DNA of 64,000 nt. Source: Acetatifactor muris (GTDB lineage Bacteria; Bacillota; Clostridia; Lachnospirales; Lachnospiraceae). Each line of letters starts with the position of its first letter. The first letter of the stretch is position 1. Where the stretch lies: positions 2,922 to 66,921 of the forward strand of contig JAMPFR010000011.1 of the NCBI GenBank assembly GCA_023664365.1. Direction: 5' to 3'. The translations under genes were made by a program, and so were the position numbers. The notes under the pieces are model-generated. The model was not told where the DNA came from. It ran no database searches and saw nothing but the letters and a program-made list of their open reading frames with translations. Of this stretch, positions 37,060 to 46,731 are shown one piece after another.

Positions 37060-37691
37060 AAATCGTAGTCTGCGTGTCAGGAGGAGGTACTAACCTTCAG
37101 GCGGTTCTGGACGGAATTGACGCAGGAACCGTTACAAATACGGAGGTGCTTGCGGTTATCAGCAATAATGCAGGCGCCGGGGCGCTGAAAAGAGCGGAGG
37201 CCCACGGGATTCCGGGAATCTGCCTCTCCCCTAAAAGCTTCCCGGACAGAGAGGCGTTTAACAGGGCGTTTACGGAGGAGCTGTGCAGGCTGCAGCCGGA
37301 TTTGGTGGTGCTTGCCGGATTTCTGGTGAAGGTTCCGGAGCAGACGCTTGTATACTTTGGCAGCCGTATTATAAATATACACCCGTCCCTGATACCCTCT
37401 TTCTGCGGCGTGGGCTATTACGGCCTGAAGGTTCATGAAAAGGCGCTGGAGCGGGGGGTGAAGGTAACGGGAGCCACGGTGCACTTCGTGAATGCCGGAA
37501 TGGACGAAGGCCCCATTATCGCCCAGAAGGCGGTTCCCGTGGAGGAGGATGATACCCCGGAGATTTTACAGAGACGGGTTATGGAGCAGGCGGAATGGAT
37601 TCTGCTTCCCGGAGCCATTGATGATATTGCCAACGGGCGTATTGCGGTGGTTGACGGAAAGGTACGCAGGACCGGGACGGCGGAATCATGA
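37053..37691 (+). CDS. purN: Phosphoribosylglycinamide formyltransferase
   Basis: [10 protein letters not shown]...[13 protein letters not shown]...GATVHFV blocks. Overlaps the purM stop. Confidence 0.9.
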   Translation: MLKIVVCVSGGGTNLQAVLDGIDAGTVTNTEVLAVISNNAGAGALKRAEAHGIPGICLSPKSFPDREAFNRAFTEELCRLQPDLVVLAGFLVKVPEQTLVYFGSRIINIHPSLIPSFCGVGYYGLKVHEKALERGVKVTGATVHFVNAGMDEGPIIAQKAVPVEEDDTPEILQRRVMEQAEWILLPGAIDDIANGRIAVVDGKVRRTGTAES

Positions 37692-37717
37692 GAAAGTAGT
37701 CAGGAAGAGGTGACGGC

Positions 37718-38995
37718 ATGAAAGTACTGATTGTAGGCGGCGGCGGAAGAGAACACGCCATAGCGCTGTGCATGAAGAAGAGCAGCAGAGTGGATAAGCT
37801 TTACTGCGTGCCCGGCAACGCCGGAATCGCACAGCTTGCGGAGTGCGAGCCTTCCATCGGGGTCATGGAGTTTGACAGGGTCATTGCCTATGCGAAAGAA
37901 AAGGCGGTGGATCTGGTGTTTGTGGCGCCGGACGATCCCCTGGCAGGCGGCCTGACGGACGCGTTGGAGGAAGAGGGCTTCCGGGTGTTCGGCCCCAGGA
38001 AAAATGCGGCGATTTTGGAGGGCAGCAAGGCATTCTCTAAGGATTTGATGAAAAAGTACCACATTCCCACTGCCGACTATGAGATCTTTGACGATCCGCA
38101 GAAAGCCCTGCAGTATCTGGAGACGGCGAAGCTGCCCATTGTGCTGAAGGCGGACGGGCTGGCGCTGGGGAAGGGGGTACTGATTTGCAATACCCTTGAA
38201 GAGGCAAAGGCCGGCGTAAAGGAGATTATGCAGGATAAGCATTTCGGAAGCGCCGGAAACAGAATGGTGATAGAGGAGTTTATGACCGGCAGGGAAGTGT
38301 CCGTTCTGGCATTTGTGGACGGAAAGACCATTAAGCCCATGACGTCAGCCCAGGATCACAAGCGGGCAAAGGACGGAGATCAGGGACTGAACACAGGCGG
38401 TATGGGAACCTTTTCCCCCAGTCCTTTTTATACGAAGGAAACGGACGCCTTCTGCAGGGAACATATTTTTCAGCCTACGGTGGACGCCATGGCGGCGGAG
38501 GGCAGGGAGTTCAAGGGAGTGATTTTCTTCGGACTGATGCTGACGCCGGAGGGCCCCAGGGTGCTGGAATACAATGCGCGGTTCGGAGACCCGGAGACAC
38601 AGGTGGTTCTCTGCAGGATGAAGAACGACATCATGGACGTGGTGGACGCCTGTATTGACGGAACGCTGGACAAAATAGATTTACAGTTTGAAGACAACGC
38701 GGCAGTCTGCGTGGTGCTTGCCTCGAAAGGGTATCCGGAGGCATACGAAAAAGGCTTTGAGATAACGGGGCTTGAGGCTTTTGAGGGAAAGGAAGATTAC
38801 TACTGCTTCCATGCGGGGAGCAAATTCGACGACAGGGGGCGCATTGTCACATCCGGCGGCAGAGTGCTCGGGATAACGGCAAAGGGAGCGGACCTGAAGG
38901 AAGCGAGAGCAAAGGCCTATGAGGCCGTGGAATGGGTGTCCTTTGCCAATAAGTATATGCGCAGGGACATCGGCAGGGCAATCGATGAAGCTTAG
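37718..38995 (+). CDS. purD: Phosphoribosylamine-glycine ligase
   Basis: MKVLIVGGGGREHA...ATP-grasp blocks...EYNARFGDPETQ. Confidence 0.92.
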   Translation: MKVLIVGGGGREHAIALCMKKSSRVDKLYCVPGNAGIAQLAECEPSIGVMEFDRVIAYAKEKAVDLVFVAPDDPLAGGLTDALEEEGFRVFGPRKNAAILEGSKAFSKDLMKKYHIPTADYEIFDDPQKALQYLETAKLPIVLKADGLALGKGVLICNTLEEAKAGVKEIMQDKHFGSAGNRMVIEEFMTGREVSVLAFVDGKTIKPMTSAQDHKRAKDGDQGLNTGGMGTFSPSPFYTKETDAFCREHIFQPTVDAMAAEGREFKGVIFFGLMLTPEGPRVLEYNARFGDPETQVVLCRMKNDIMDVVDACIDGTLDKIDLQFEDNAAVCVVLASKGYPEAYEKGFEITGLEAFEGKEDYYCFHAGSKFDDRGRIVTSGGRVLGITAKGADLKEARAKAYEAVEWVSFANKYMRRDIGRAIDEA

Positions 38996-39050
38996 GCTGT
39001 AAACTGGGTCATGCAATCAGAATTGTGGTTTGACGGGAGGGAGACTGTAT

Positions 39051-39512
39051 ATGAGAACGAACAGACTTCTTTTGGAGGATCAGTATAATATTCCGCGGAT
39101 CTGCAAAAATTGCGGAGGGGTTCTGGTGTTTAAGGGAGTAGGCGAATACTGCTGCGAGGATTGCGGTGCGCCGGACTATGATGACTACGGAAAGGTGAGA
39201 CGTTACATTGAAGAACATAAGGGAGCTACGGCGGCGCAGATTGAAAGCGCCATCGGGGTATCTCAGCGCTCTATCCGCCAGATGCTGAAGGAAGGGCGGC
39301 TGGAGGTGACACAGGATTCCAAGACATTTCTGCGGTGCGAGGTATGCGGGAAAAGCATCCGCAGCGGGCGGTACTGTCCCGAATGCGAGGTGTCGGTACA
39401 CAGAAGCCTGGAAGCAGAGCAGAGAGCACAGATAAAGAAAAATATACACGGGACCGGATTGGCACAGAAAGGAGAAGAAGGACAAAAGCGTTTCAGACGC
39501 GATAACTTCTAG
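39051..39512 (+). CDS. Zinc-ribbon / HTH protein with YvyF-like architecture
   Basis: CKNCGG...CEDCG ribbon, central HTH-like AAQIESAIGVSQRSIRQMLKEGRL, second ribbon CEVCGKSIRSGRYCPEC. RBS GGGAGGGAG. Confidence 0.6.
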   Translation: MRTNRLLLEDQYNIPRICKNCGGVLVFKGVGEYCCEDCGAPDYDDYGKVRRYIEEHKGATAAQIESAIGVSQRSIRQMLKEGRLEVTQDSKTFLRCEVCGKSIRSGRYCPECEVSVHRSLEAEQRAQIKKNIHGTGLAQKGEEGQKRFRRDNF

Positions 39513-39532
39513 AAAACAGGAGAGGAAGACAT

Positions 39533-41041
39533 ATGAGAAAAGCAGGAAAAGTACAGGTAAGACAGGGAATTTGGAAAGGAGTCCTCACGCTGGCGCTGGT
39601 GATGCTGCTGGGGCTGTTGGGAGACGGGTTCGCTACGGTGAGCCATGCGCAGAGCCAGGGCAGAGTGACGGCCAGCAGTGTAAATATCCGAAAGGAGCCC
39701 AGCACCTCCAGCGAGGTTCTGGGAAGCGCCGTACAGGGCAAGGAGATTACCATCAACAACCAGATACTGGGCAGCGACGGCAAAATGTGGTATCAGACCT
39801 TTGTAAACTCAGAGACTCTGGGCTATATCCGGTCGGATTTTGTGGAGATCACTGACGGCACCACGCCGCCCACAGTCACGGCAGTGGAGCCCACCAACCC
39901 TTCCGGCGGAAATACGGCATCTGAGGGCACAACTCCATCGGGCAGTGTGGAGGCTTTAAATCCCGTGAGCGCAACGGTAAAAGGCAGTGACAATGTGCGA
40001 ATCAGGGAAGACGCCTCTACCTCCAGTGAAATTGTCAGGAAAGTTTCCAACGGACTGGTGGTGACGGTGACGGGAAGGTCTACGGACAGCATCGGCAAGG
40101 TCTGGTATCAGGTCAGCTTCAGCGATAACGGCACGGAGGTGCAGGGCTTTATCCGGTCGGATTATCTGACGGTTTCGGGAGAATTGACCCCCTATGTGGA
40201 GGAGCCTGCTGTGACGGATCCGGATCCTGTGGAGGAACCGCCTGTGTCAGATCCGGTTCCTGTATCGAGCAAGAGCTTTGAAACAGAGCTGGACGACGGA
40301 ATATGGTATCTTATAGACAACGAAAAAGATCCGATTACACGGTATGCTATACAGGAAGAGCTTTTTGATAAGGTGGAGAATAATGCCAAGGCATATGAGG
40401 CGGAGCACAAGAAAGCGGAGACGGAAAAGGTTGTGATCATCATTCTGATTTTCCTGTTGGTTGCGGCGGTGTCCGGCATTGCCATGCTGATATTCAAAAT
40501 CAAGGACATGTCCGACGATGCGTATTTTAACCAGGTGGAACGGGAAACCTTAAGGAGACGGGGAGAAGCCAGGACCCAGGGCGGCTCTCAGAAGGTGATG
40601 CATACGGTAGGGGCGGATAAGTCCGGTTCCGGCGCCGGCAGACCCGGAGGAACAAGGCCTGCGGGGGCGTCCCAGGGACAAAAGCCTGCCGGGGCAAGGC
40701 CTGCGGGAAGCGGCCAGGGCCAGAGGCCTGCGGGGGACAGACCTGCGGGAAGCGGCCAGGGCCAGAGGCCTGCGGGGGACAGACCTGCGGGAAGCAGTCA
40801 GGGCCAGAGACCTGCGGGGGATAAGCCTGCGGGAAGCGGCCAGGGCCAGAGGCCGGCAGGAGATCGGCCGGCAGGCAGCAGCCAGGGCCAGAGGCCTGCG
40901 GGAAGCGGCCAGGGCCAGAGCGCCTCGGGACAGAAGCCCGGTCAGGGCCAGCAGGGATGGCAGTCCAAGAATTTCATGTCGGAGGATGACGATGAGTTTG
41001 AATTCGGATTTTTGAATTATGACGGAACCGAGGAAAAGTAG
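39533..41041 (+). CDS. Membrane protein with two extracellular SH3b-like domains and a cytoplasmic Pro/Gly/Gln tandem-repeat tail
   Basis: Signal/anchor sequence. Two VNIRKEPSTSSEV...WYQ...GYIRSDF-type SH3_3 units. A TM helix (VVIIILIFLLVAAVSGIAMLIF), then repeats of (RPAGSGQGQRPAGD)n. Confidence 0.8.
   Translation: MRKAGKVQVRQGIWKGVLTLALVMLLGLLGDGFATVSHAQSQGRVTASSVNIRKEPSTSSEVLGSAVQGKEITINNQILGSDGKMWYQTFVNSETLGYIRSDFVEITDGTTPPTVTAVEPTNPSGGNTASEGTTPSGSVEALNPVSATVKGSDNVRIREDASTSSEIVRKVSNGLVVTVTGRSTDSIGKVWYQVSFSDNGTEVQGFIRSDYLTVSGELTPYVEEPAVTDPDPVEEPPVSDPVPVSSKSFETELDDGIWYLIDNEKDPITRYAIQEELFDKVENNAKAYEAEHKKAETEKVVIIILIFLLVAAVSGIAMLIFKIKDMSDDAYFNQVERETLRRRGEARTQGGSQKVMHTVGADKSGSGAGRPGGTRPAGASQGQKPAGARPAGSGQGQRPAGDRPAGSGQGQRPAGDRPAGSSQGQRPAGDKPAGSGQGQRPAGDRPAGSSQGQRPAGSGQGQSASGQKPGQGQQGWQSKNFMSEDDDEFEFGFLNYDGTEEK
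40700..40909 (+). repeat. Five tandem copies of a 42-bp coding repeat, with degenerate copies on both sides
   Basis: Unit CCTGCGGGAAGCGGCCAGGGCCAGAGGCCTGCGGGGGACAGA. Copies at 40700 and 40742 are identical and later copies diverge. Confidence 0.85.
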
Positions 41042-41055
41042 ACAGCGGTATCGGG

Positions 41056-41090
41056 GGGAAGAAGGCTTTGGCTTTTCTTCCCTTCTCTTT
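41056..41090 (+). terminator. Rho-independent terminator after the SH3-repeat gene
   Basis: GGGAAGAA-N11-TTCTTCCC then TTCTCTTT. Confidence 0.55.
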
Positions 41091-41094
41091 ATGG

Positions 41095-41134
41095 TTGACA
41101 CTTTATCCGCTCTGTTATAATATAGGTATAACAG
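41095..41134 (+). promoter_or_regulatory. Promoter plus GT-N-AC type palindromic operator for the GntR-clpC operon
   Basis: TTGACA (41095-41100), then TATAAT (41116-41121, 15-nt spacer) or TAATAT (41118-41123, 17-nt spacer). Perfect inverted repeat CTGTTATA-N7-TATAACAG (41112-41134) overlaps the -10. Confidence 0.55.
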
Positions 41135-41145
41135 GAGAAGGAAGT

Positions 41146-41514
41146 ATGCTTATAGAGATAGATTTCAACAGTGACGAAGCTCTTTATCTTCAGCTTCGCA
41201 ATCAGATCATCATGGGAATTGCCACGGCACAGTTTCAGGAGGGAGATTCCCTGCCCAGTGTGCGCCAGCTGGCGGATACTATCGGTATCAACATGCACAC
41301 GGTAAACAAGGCATATACTGTTCTGAAGCAGGAGGGGTATGTGAAGGTGGACCGCAGAAAAGGGGCGGTGATTGCCATTGATGTGGACAGAATGAGGACG
41401 CTGGCGGAATTAAAAAAGGAATTACAGGTAATCCTTGCTAAAGGCAGCTGTAAAAATATTTCAAAAGAAGAGATACATGAACTGATTGAGGAAATTTACG
41501 AAGACTATAGATGA
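41146..41514 (+). CDS. GntR-family (YtrA-like, short) transcriptional regulator
   Basis: LYLQLRNQI...GDSLPSVRQLADTIGINMHTVNKAYTVLKQEGYV is a winged-HTH GntR signature. The effector domain is short. Confidence 0.85.
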   Translation: MLIEIDFNSDEALYLQLRNQIIMGIATAQFQEGDSLPSVRQLADTIGINMHTVNKAYTVLKQEGYVKVDRRKGAVIAIDVDRMRTLAELKKELQVILAKGSCKNISKEEIHELIEEIYEDYR

Positions 41515-41529
41515 CGGAGGACATAAGCT

Positions 41530-43968
41530 ATGCAGTCGCAGTTTACGAACAGTGCGCAGGAGGCGCTGAAGGCAGCAGCCCGCTGTGCATCCGCCTTAAA
41601 ACAGGGCTATGTGGGAACGGAACACATTCTGGCAGGGCTTCTGAAGGAGCAGGCAGGAGTGGCCCACAAGGTTCTTACGGATAACGGAGTGGAGCTGAGC
41701 CGGGTCACGGATATGATTCAGGAGTCCATCGCCATGGACGGAGGCGTGGGCATCCGGGAGCGGGAGGGATATTCCCCCAGAGCCAGGAAGATCCTGGAGG
41801 AAGCCCATCGGCAGGCAGCGCGGTTTAACCAGCAGCAGACCGGAACGGAGCATCTTCTGATGGCGATTATCAAAGAGGGTGAAAATGTGGCGGTGCGCCT
41901 GCTCAACACCCTGGGCGCCAATGTGCAGAAAATTTATGTGGACACGCTGATTGCCATCGGCCAGGACGGCAATCTGTATAAGGAGGATCTGGGAAGAAAG
42001 GCTCAGAACAAAAATAAAGGCGCCACTTTAAGCCAGTACAGCCGGGATCTGACCGGAATGGCCAGGGAGGGAAAGCTGGATCCGGTCATCGGAAGAGAGG
42101 ATGAGATCCGCCGCCTGATTCAGATCCTCAGCAGGCGGACCAAGAATAACCCCTGCCTCATCGGCGAGCCCGGCGTGGGTAAGACCGCGGTGGTGGAGGG
42201 ACTTGCTCTCCGCATTGTGGAGGGAAAGGTGCCCTTCACGGTGAAAAATAAAAGGGTGCTTACGCTGGATTTATCGGGCATGGTGGCTGGAAGTAAATAC
42301 AGGGGTGAGTTCGAGGAGCGCATTAAGAAGGTTATCAAAGAGGTGATTGAAGACGGAAATGTGATTCTGTTCCTGGATGAACTGCACACTATCATCGGAG
42401 CGGGAGGCGCGGAGGGCGCCATAGACGCCTCCAATATTTTAAAGCCTTCTCTTGCCAGAGGCGAGCTGCAGATGATTGGCGCTACCACCATAGCGGAATA
42501 TCGCAAATACATTGAGAAGGACGCCGCCCTGGAGCGTCGTTTCCAGCCTGTGAACGTGGAGGAGCCCACGGAGGAGGAGGCAATCCGTATTCTGGAGGGC
42601 ATTAAGGGAAAGTACGAAGAGCATCATCAGGTGGCTATCACCTCGGAGGCGGTGGATGCGGCGGTAAGGCTGTCGGGCCGTTACATCAACGACAGGAACC
42701 TTCCCGACAAGGCCATTGATTTAATCGACGAGGCTGCCGCCGGAGCCAGGCTGCGTTCCTCGGACGTGCCGGATAAGCTGAAGATCCTCACAGAGCAAAT
42801 CAAAAAGATGGATTTACAGATTGAGCGCTCCATCCGTATGGAGGCGTTTGCTCAGGCGGCGGAAATCAAGCGGAATCAGGACGAACTGATAAAGAAGTAC
42901 GAGCGCGCTAAGAAAAGAATGGAAAACAGCGCTTCCGGGAGGCAGATAGTCATCGGTGAGAGCGATATTGCCGATGTGGTGGCTATGTGGACGAAAATCC
43001 CGGTGCAGAAGCTGGCCCAGAAGGAAAGCGAGAGGCTGCTGAAGCTGGAAGGCATCCTGCATAAGCGTGTCATCGGACAGGAGGAGGCCGTGACAGCAGT
43101 AGCCAAGGCTATGCGGCGGGGCAGAGTGGGCTTAAAAGACCCTAAGCGTCCCATTGGCTCCTTCCTGTTTCTGGGGCCTACAGGCGTGGGAAAGACGGAG
43201 CTTTCCAAAGCCCTGGCGGAGGCTATGTTCGGCTCTGAAGACGCCATCATCCGGGTTGACATGTCGGAGTATATGGAGGGACATTCGGTGTCTAAGATGA
43301 TTGGTTCCCCTCCGGGCTATGTGGGCTTTGAAGAGGGAGGACAGCTCAGCGAGAAGGTGCGCAGGAATCCTTATTCAGTAGTGCTCTTTGACGAGATTGA
43401 GAAGGCTCACCCGGACGTGTTCAACATTTTGCTGCAGGTGCTGGATGACGGCCATATCACCGATTCCAAGGGCAGGAAGGTCAGCTTTAAAAATACCATA
43501 CTGATTATGACCTCCAATGCGGGAGCGCAGCGGATTGTTGACCCCAAGAACCTGGGATTCGCGGCGGTGGCGGATGCAAAGCGGGATTATGAAAAGATGA
43601 AGTCCGGCGTGATGGAGGAGGTAAAGAGAACCTTTAAACCGGAGTTCGTCAACCGAATCGATGACATCATTGTGTTCCATCAGCTGAACAATGAGAATAT
43701 GAAGGCCATTGTAAGCCTTCTTGCCGCAGATCTTTATAAGCGGTGCGAGGAGCAGATGGATATCCGGTTATCCGTGACCGCCGCCCTGAAGGAGCATCTG
43801 GTTGCCAAATATGCGGATGTGAGAATGGGCGCAAGACCCTTAAAGCGGGCGATTCAGTCTGTGGTGGAGGACGCTCTGGCGGAGGAAATCCTGATGAAAA
43901 AGGTACAGCCGGGAGACGCGGTGACGGCAGGATACAAAAACGGGAAAGTGGTATTTACCGCAAAGTAA
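41530..43968 (+). CDS. clpC: ATP-dependent Clp protease ATP-binding subunit ClpC
   Basis: Double Clp-N repeat. Walker [10 protein letters not shown] and [13 protein letters not shown]-like linker. 812 aa. Confidence 0.93.
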   Translation: MQSQFTNSAQEALKAAARCASALKQGYVGTEHILAGLLKEQAGVAHKVLTDNGVELSRVTDMIQESIAMDGGVGIREREGYSPRARKILEEAHRQAARFNQQQTGTEHLLMAIIKEGENVAVRLLNTLGANVQKIYVDTLIAIGQDGNLYKEDLGRKAQNKNKGATLSQYSRDLTGMAREGKLDPVIGREDEIRRLIQILSRRTKNNPCLIGEPGVGKTAVVEGLALRIVEGKVPFTVKNKRVLTLDLSGMVAGSKYRGEFEERIKKVIKEVIEDGNVILFLDELHTIIGAGGAEGAIDASNILKPSLARGELQMIGATTIAEYRKYIEKDAALERRFQPVNVEEPTEEEAIRILEGIKGKYEEHHQVAITSEAVDAAVRLSGRYINDRNLPDKAIDLIDEAAAGARLRSSDVPDKLKILTEQIKKMDLQIERSIRMEAFAQAAEIKRNQDELIKKYERAKKRMENSASGRQIVIGESDIADVVAMWTKIPVQKLAQKESERLLKLEGILHKRVIGQEEAVTAVAKAMRRGRVGLKDPKRPIGSFLFLGPTGVGKTELSKALAEAMFGSEDAIIRVDMSEYMEGHSVSKMIGSPPGYVGFEEGGQLSEKVRRNPYSVVLFDEIEKAHPDVFNILLQVLDDGHITDSKGRKVSFKNTILIMTSNAGAQRIVDPKNLGFAAVADAKRDYEKMKSGVMEEVKRTFKPEFVNRIDDIIVFHQLNNENMKAIVSLLAADLYKRCEEQMDIRLSVTAALKEHLVAKYADVRMGARPLKRAIQSVVEDALAEEILMKKVQPGDAVTAGYKNGKVVFTAK

Positions 43969-43982
43969 CCGGGCGGCAGATA

Positions 43983-44030
43983 ACGAATGGATTCGATGAT
44001 GAACGGATTTGATAATGAACGGATTCACAA
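43983..44030 (+). repeat. Three tandem 16-bp direct repeats (consensus ATGAACGGATTyGAtA)
   Basis: ACGAATGGATTCGATG / ATGAACGGATTTGATA / ATGAACGGATTCACAA, immediately downstream of clpC. Confidence 0.7.
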
Positions 44031-44144
44031 AAAAAGATGGCACAGCATTTGATTTTCGATTATAATAAAAGTATAAGCAGCGGGCGGCTTGTTTTACGGG
44101 TGCATCCGCTGTATCAGGCGACAAAGGAACAGGAGGATATACAA

Positions 44145-44558
44145 ATGGCAGTTGTGGAAGAGCTGATCCGCAGCGAGGCGGACGGCGCAATCAGTTTCGG
44201 CAATCACAAGTTGGCACAGAAGGCCAAGGTGGAGGATTTTCAGCATGAGGGAGATCTGCTGAAGGTAAAGACATTCAGAGACATTACCAAGCTGGAAAAG
44301 AACGGCATGTTCCTCTACGAATCCGTACCCGGAACCAGTGTCCGGGACTATACCGAAAAGGAAAGCGGCGTGGAGTTTGTGGTGGAAGGGGACGAGGACG
44401 CCCAGATTACCATCGGCCTGGATGATGATACAGAGTATGAAGTGTTTGTAGGCGGCAAAAGCATCGGAACCATGACTACAGGCCTGGGCGGAAAGCTTTC
44501 CCTGAGCGTGGAGCTGGAAGCTGCGGGCGAGGTGCCCGTCAGGGTAGAACGGGCCTGA
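44145..44558 (+). CDS. Hypothetical protein (137 aa)
   Basis: RBS AGGAGGA 7 nt upstream of the ATG. No recognised motif. Confidence 0.65.
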   Translation: MAVVEELIRSEADGAISFGNHKLAQKAKVEDFQHEGDLLKVKTFRDITKLEKNGMFLYESVPGTSVRDYTEKESGVEFVVEGDEDAQITIGLDDDTEYEVFVGGKSIGTMTTGLGGKLSLSVELEAAGEVPVRVERA

Positions 44559-44635
44559 TGCGGGCAAATATATATGCCGGAGAAAACGTGTCGGTGCGGG
44601 CAAATGTACACGTCGGAGGAAACGTGTCGGTGCGG
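44559..44635 (+). repeat. 36-bp tandem direct repeat, 2.1 copies, between the 137-aa gene and radA
   Basis: TGCGGGCAAATATATATGCCGGAGAAAACGTGTCGG and TGCGGGCAAATGTACACGTCGGAGGAAACGTGTCGG match at 31/36, followed by TGCGG. Confidence 0.8.
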
Positions 44636-44658
44636 AATGAAAGAACGTGAGGATGAAT

Positions 44659-46047
44659 ATGGCGAAGAGCAAGTCTGCGACAGTATTTTTCTGTCAGAGC
44701 TGCGGGTATGAGTCCTCAAAGTGGATGGGGCAGTGTCCGGGCTGTAAAGAATGGAATTCCTTTGTGGAGGAGGCAGTGAGCAAGACGCCCCGTATGGGCG
44801 TGGCTTCCGGGGGAGCAGCGGGGCGGAAGGTTTCCGCCTCCGGCGTCCCCAGCGTGCTGGCGGAGATTTCCATAAAGGAGGAGGACAGGATTTCTACGGG
44901 AATCGGAGAATTGGACAGAGTATTGGGGGGCGGCATTGTGCAGGGCTCCCTTACTTTGGTGGGAGGAGACCCGGGAATCGGAAAATCAACCCTGCTTTTA
45001 CAGGTGTGCCGCAACCTTTCGGACAGCGGCCATAAGGTGCTTTACATATCGGGGGAGGAATCCCCTGCCCAGATAAAGATGCGGGCGGACAGAATCGGTT
45101 CCTTTACAAAGGAGATGCTGCTGCTCTGTGAGACAAATCTGGCTGAAATTGCGGAGACCATACGCGTACAGAAGCCGGAAGCCGTGGTGATTGATTCCAT
45201 ACAGACCATGTACAATGAGGAGGTTGCGGCGGCGCCGGGCAGCGTCTCCCAGGTGAGGGAGTCCACGGGTATTCTGCTGCAGCTGGCAAAGGGGCTGGGG
45301 GTTTCCGTCCTGATTGTGGGCCATGTGACAAAGGAAGGGACAGTGGCGGGCCCCAGGGTGCTGGAGCATATGGTGGATGCGGTTTTGTACTTTGAGGGTG
45401 ACAGACACGCCTCCTACCGCATTCTGAGGGGCGTTAAAAACCGCTTCGGTTCCACCAATGAGATCGGTGTGTTTGAAATGCGGGAGCAGGGGCTGGTGGA
45501 GGTACAGAATGCTTCCGAGTACATGCTGGAGGGCAGGCCGGAAAATGCCAGCGGTTCTGTGGTGGCCTGCACCATGGAGGGGACAAGGCCCCTGCTGGTG
45601 GAAATCCAGGCTCTTGTATGCCACAGCAATTTCGGGATTCCCCGCAGACAGACTACGGGAACGGATTTCAACAGAGTAAATCTGCTGATGGCGGTGCTGG
45701 AGAAGCGATCAGGGGTACAGCTGGCAAGCTGTGACGCTTATGTGAATATTACGGGCGGCATGAAGATTATGGAGCCTGCAATCGATTTGGGGATTGTGCT
45801 GGCGATTCTGTCCGGCTTCCGCAACAGGGCGCTTTCTCCAAAGCTGATTGCTTTCGGGGAAGTAGGCTTGAGCGGAGAGGTGCGGGGGGTCAGCATGGCA
45901 AAGCAGCGCGCCGCAGAGGCGGAGAAACTGGGGTTTGACACCTGTATCGTTCCCTTTGTCTGCGCGGAGGAATGCAGGAAGAACAGTAAAATAGAAATCA
46001 TCGGCGTGAAAACAGTGCAGGACGCCATAGACAGGGTATTTGTGTAG
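44659..46047 (+). CDS. radA: DNA repair protein RadA/Sms
   Basis: Zinc finger CQSCGYESSKWMGQCPGC, Walker A GGDPGIGKST, KNRFG motif, Lon-like C-terminal domain. Confidence 0.93.
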   Translation: MAKSKSATVFFCQSCGYESSKWMGQCPGCKEWNSFVEEAVSKTPRMGVASGGAAGRKVSASGVPSVLAEISIKEEDRISTGIGELDRVLGGGIVQGSLTLVGGDPGIGKSTLLLQVCRNLSDSGHKVLYISGEESPAQIKMRADRIGSFTKEMLLLCETNLAEIAETIRVQKPEAVVIDSIQTMYNEEVAAAPGSVSQVRESTGILLQLAKGLGVSVLIVGHVTKEGTVAGPRVLEHMVDAVLYFEGDRHASYRILRGVKNRFGSTNEIGVFEMREQGLVEVQNASEYMLEGRPENASGSVVACTMEGTRPLLVEIQALVCHSNFGIPRRQTTGTDFNRVNLLMAVLEKRSGVQLASCDAYVNITGGMKIMEPAIDLGIVLAILSGFRNRALSPKLIAFGEVGLSGEVRGVSMAKQRAAEAEKLGFDTCIVPFVCAEECRKNSKIEIIGVKTVQDAIDRVFV

Positions 46048-46066
46048 AGCATTTTAAAAAATCTTC

Positions 46067-46096
46067 TTGCTAAAGATACCTGCCCTGTGTTATAAT
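46067..46096 (+). promoter_or_regulatory. Candidate promoter of tRNA-Trp
   Basis: TTGCTA (46067-46072), 18-nt spacer ending in TGt, TATAAT (46091-46096). Confidence 0.5.
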
Positions 46097-46147
46097 GTTT
46101 TTCGTCAGCGAGCCCGGGACGTTGGTTGGGATGTTGGCGAAAAGAAT

Positions 46148-46218
46148 AGGGGAATAGTACAATGGTAGTGCGGCGGTCTCCAAAACCGTTGATGGGAGTT
46201 CGATCCTCTCTTCCCCTG
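46148..46218 (+). tRNA. trnW: tRNA-Trp (anticodon CCA), with no 3' CCA encoded
   Basis: The cloverleaf folds by hand: acceptor AGGGGAA/TTCCCCT, anticodon loop CTCCAAA, T-loop TTCGATC. It is close to the Bacillus tRNA-Trp sequence as I remember it. Confidence 0.9.
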
Positions 46219-46223
46219 CGAAG

Positions 46224-46261
46224 GCTTCAAGTGCTTTATGAAAGGTACTTGAAGCTTTTTT
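46224..46261 (+). terminator. Rho-independent terminator after tRNA-Trp
   Basis: GCTTCAAGT-N14-ACTTGAAGC followed by TTTTTT. Confidence 0.8.
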
Positions 46262-46321
46262 AAACAAAAATTCATTGCAAAAGCTGAATAGCATCATAAG
46301 ATATAGTAGAAAGGTGGCGCC

Positions 46322-46717
46322 ATGGAGCAGGATGAAAGACTGGAGAAAGCGTTGAATACGCTGCAGGAATATGTGCTGTCCCTTGCAGGACAGGCGGGCG
46401 AGACAGAAGAGTACGGCGAGAGGCTGTGGCAGGGGATACTGCATTCAGCAGGTCTTTTGCGTGAACTGGCCTATTACCATGACTACGGAAAGTTTCTCTG
46501 CGAATATGCAGTGGCGGGCTATACCCTTGCGGATGTACTGGTATGGCAGGTAGACCATTTCAAGCTTTACATGGACCGCCCGGAGGAGATGAATCGTTAC
46601 CGCACCCCCAGGCTTTTGCTTTCCGCCTTTGATACCCTTCTGCAAATGGAAACGGACCCCCTTCCGTTTGTGAAAAAAATGGAAGGTGAGTCCGGTCAGG
46701 ATGCCGCCAACGGGTGA
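46322..46717 (+). CDS. Hypothetical protein (131 aa)
   Basis: RBS AAAGGTGG. No recognised motif. Convergent with the 762-aa gene. Confidence 0.6.
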   Translation: MEQDERLEKALNTLQEYVLSLAGQAGETEEYGERLWQGILHSAGLLRELAYYHDYGKFLCEYAVAGYTLADVLVWQVDHFKLYMDRPEEMNRYRTPRLLLSAFDTLLQMETDPLPFVKKMEGESGQDAANG

Positions 46718-46731
46718 GAGGGAAGCTTTTC

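Noticed and set aside
41042-41145. CtsR operator (tandem GGTCAAA heptads) upstream of clpC
   Set aside because: No GGTCAAA repeat is present in the leader. A GntR-type palindrome is present instead, as described in the findings.
44559-44635. Possible CRISPR array (36-bp direct repeat)
   Set aside because: Only 2.1 directly adjacent copies are present with no spacers between them, the copies are imperfect, and no cas genes are in the window. It is reported as a tandem repeat instead.
46070-46444. 124-aa minus-strand ORF spanning the tRNA-Trp gene
   Set aside because: It overlaps a hand-folded tRNA, its promoter and its terminator. It is an artefact of the ORF caller.
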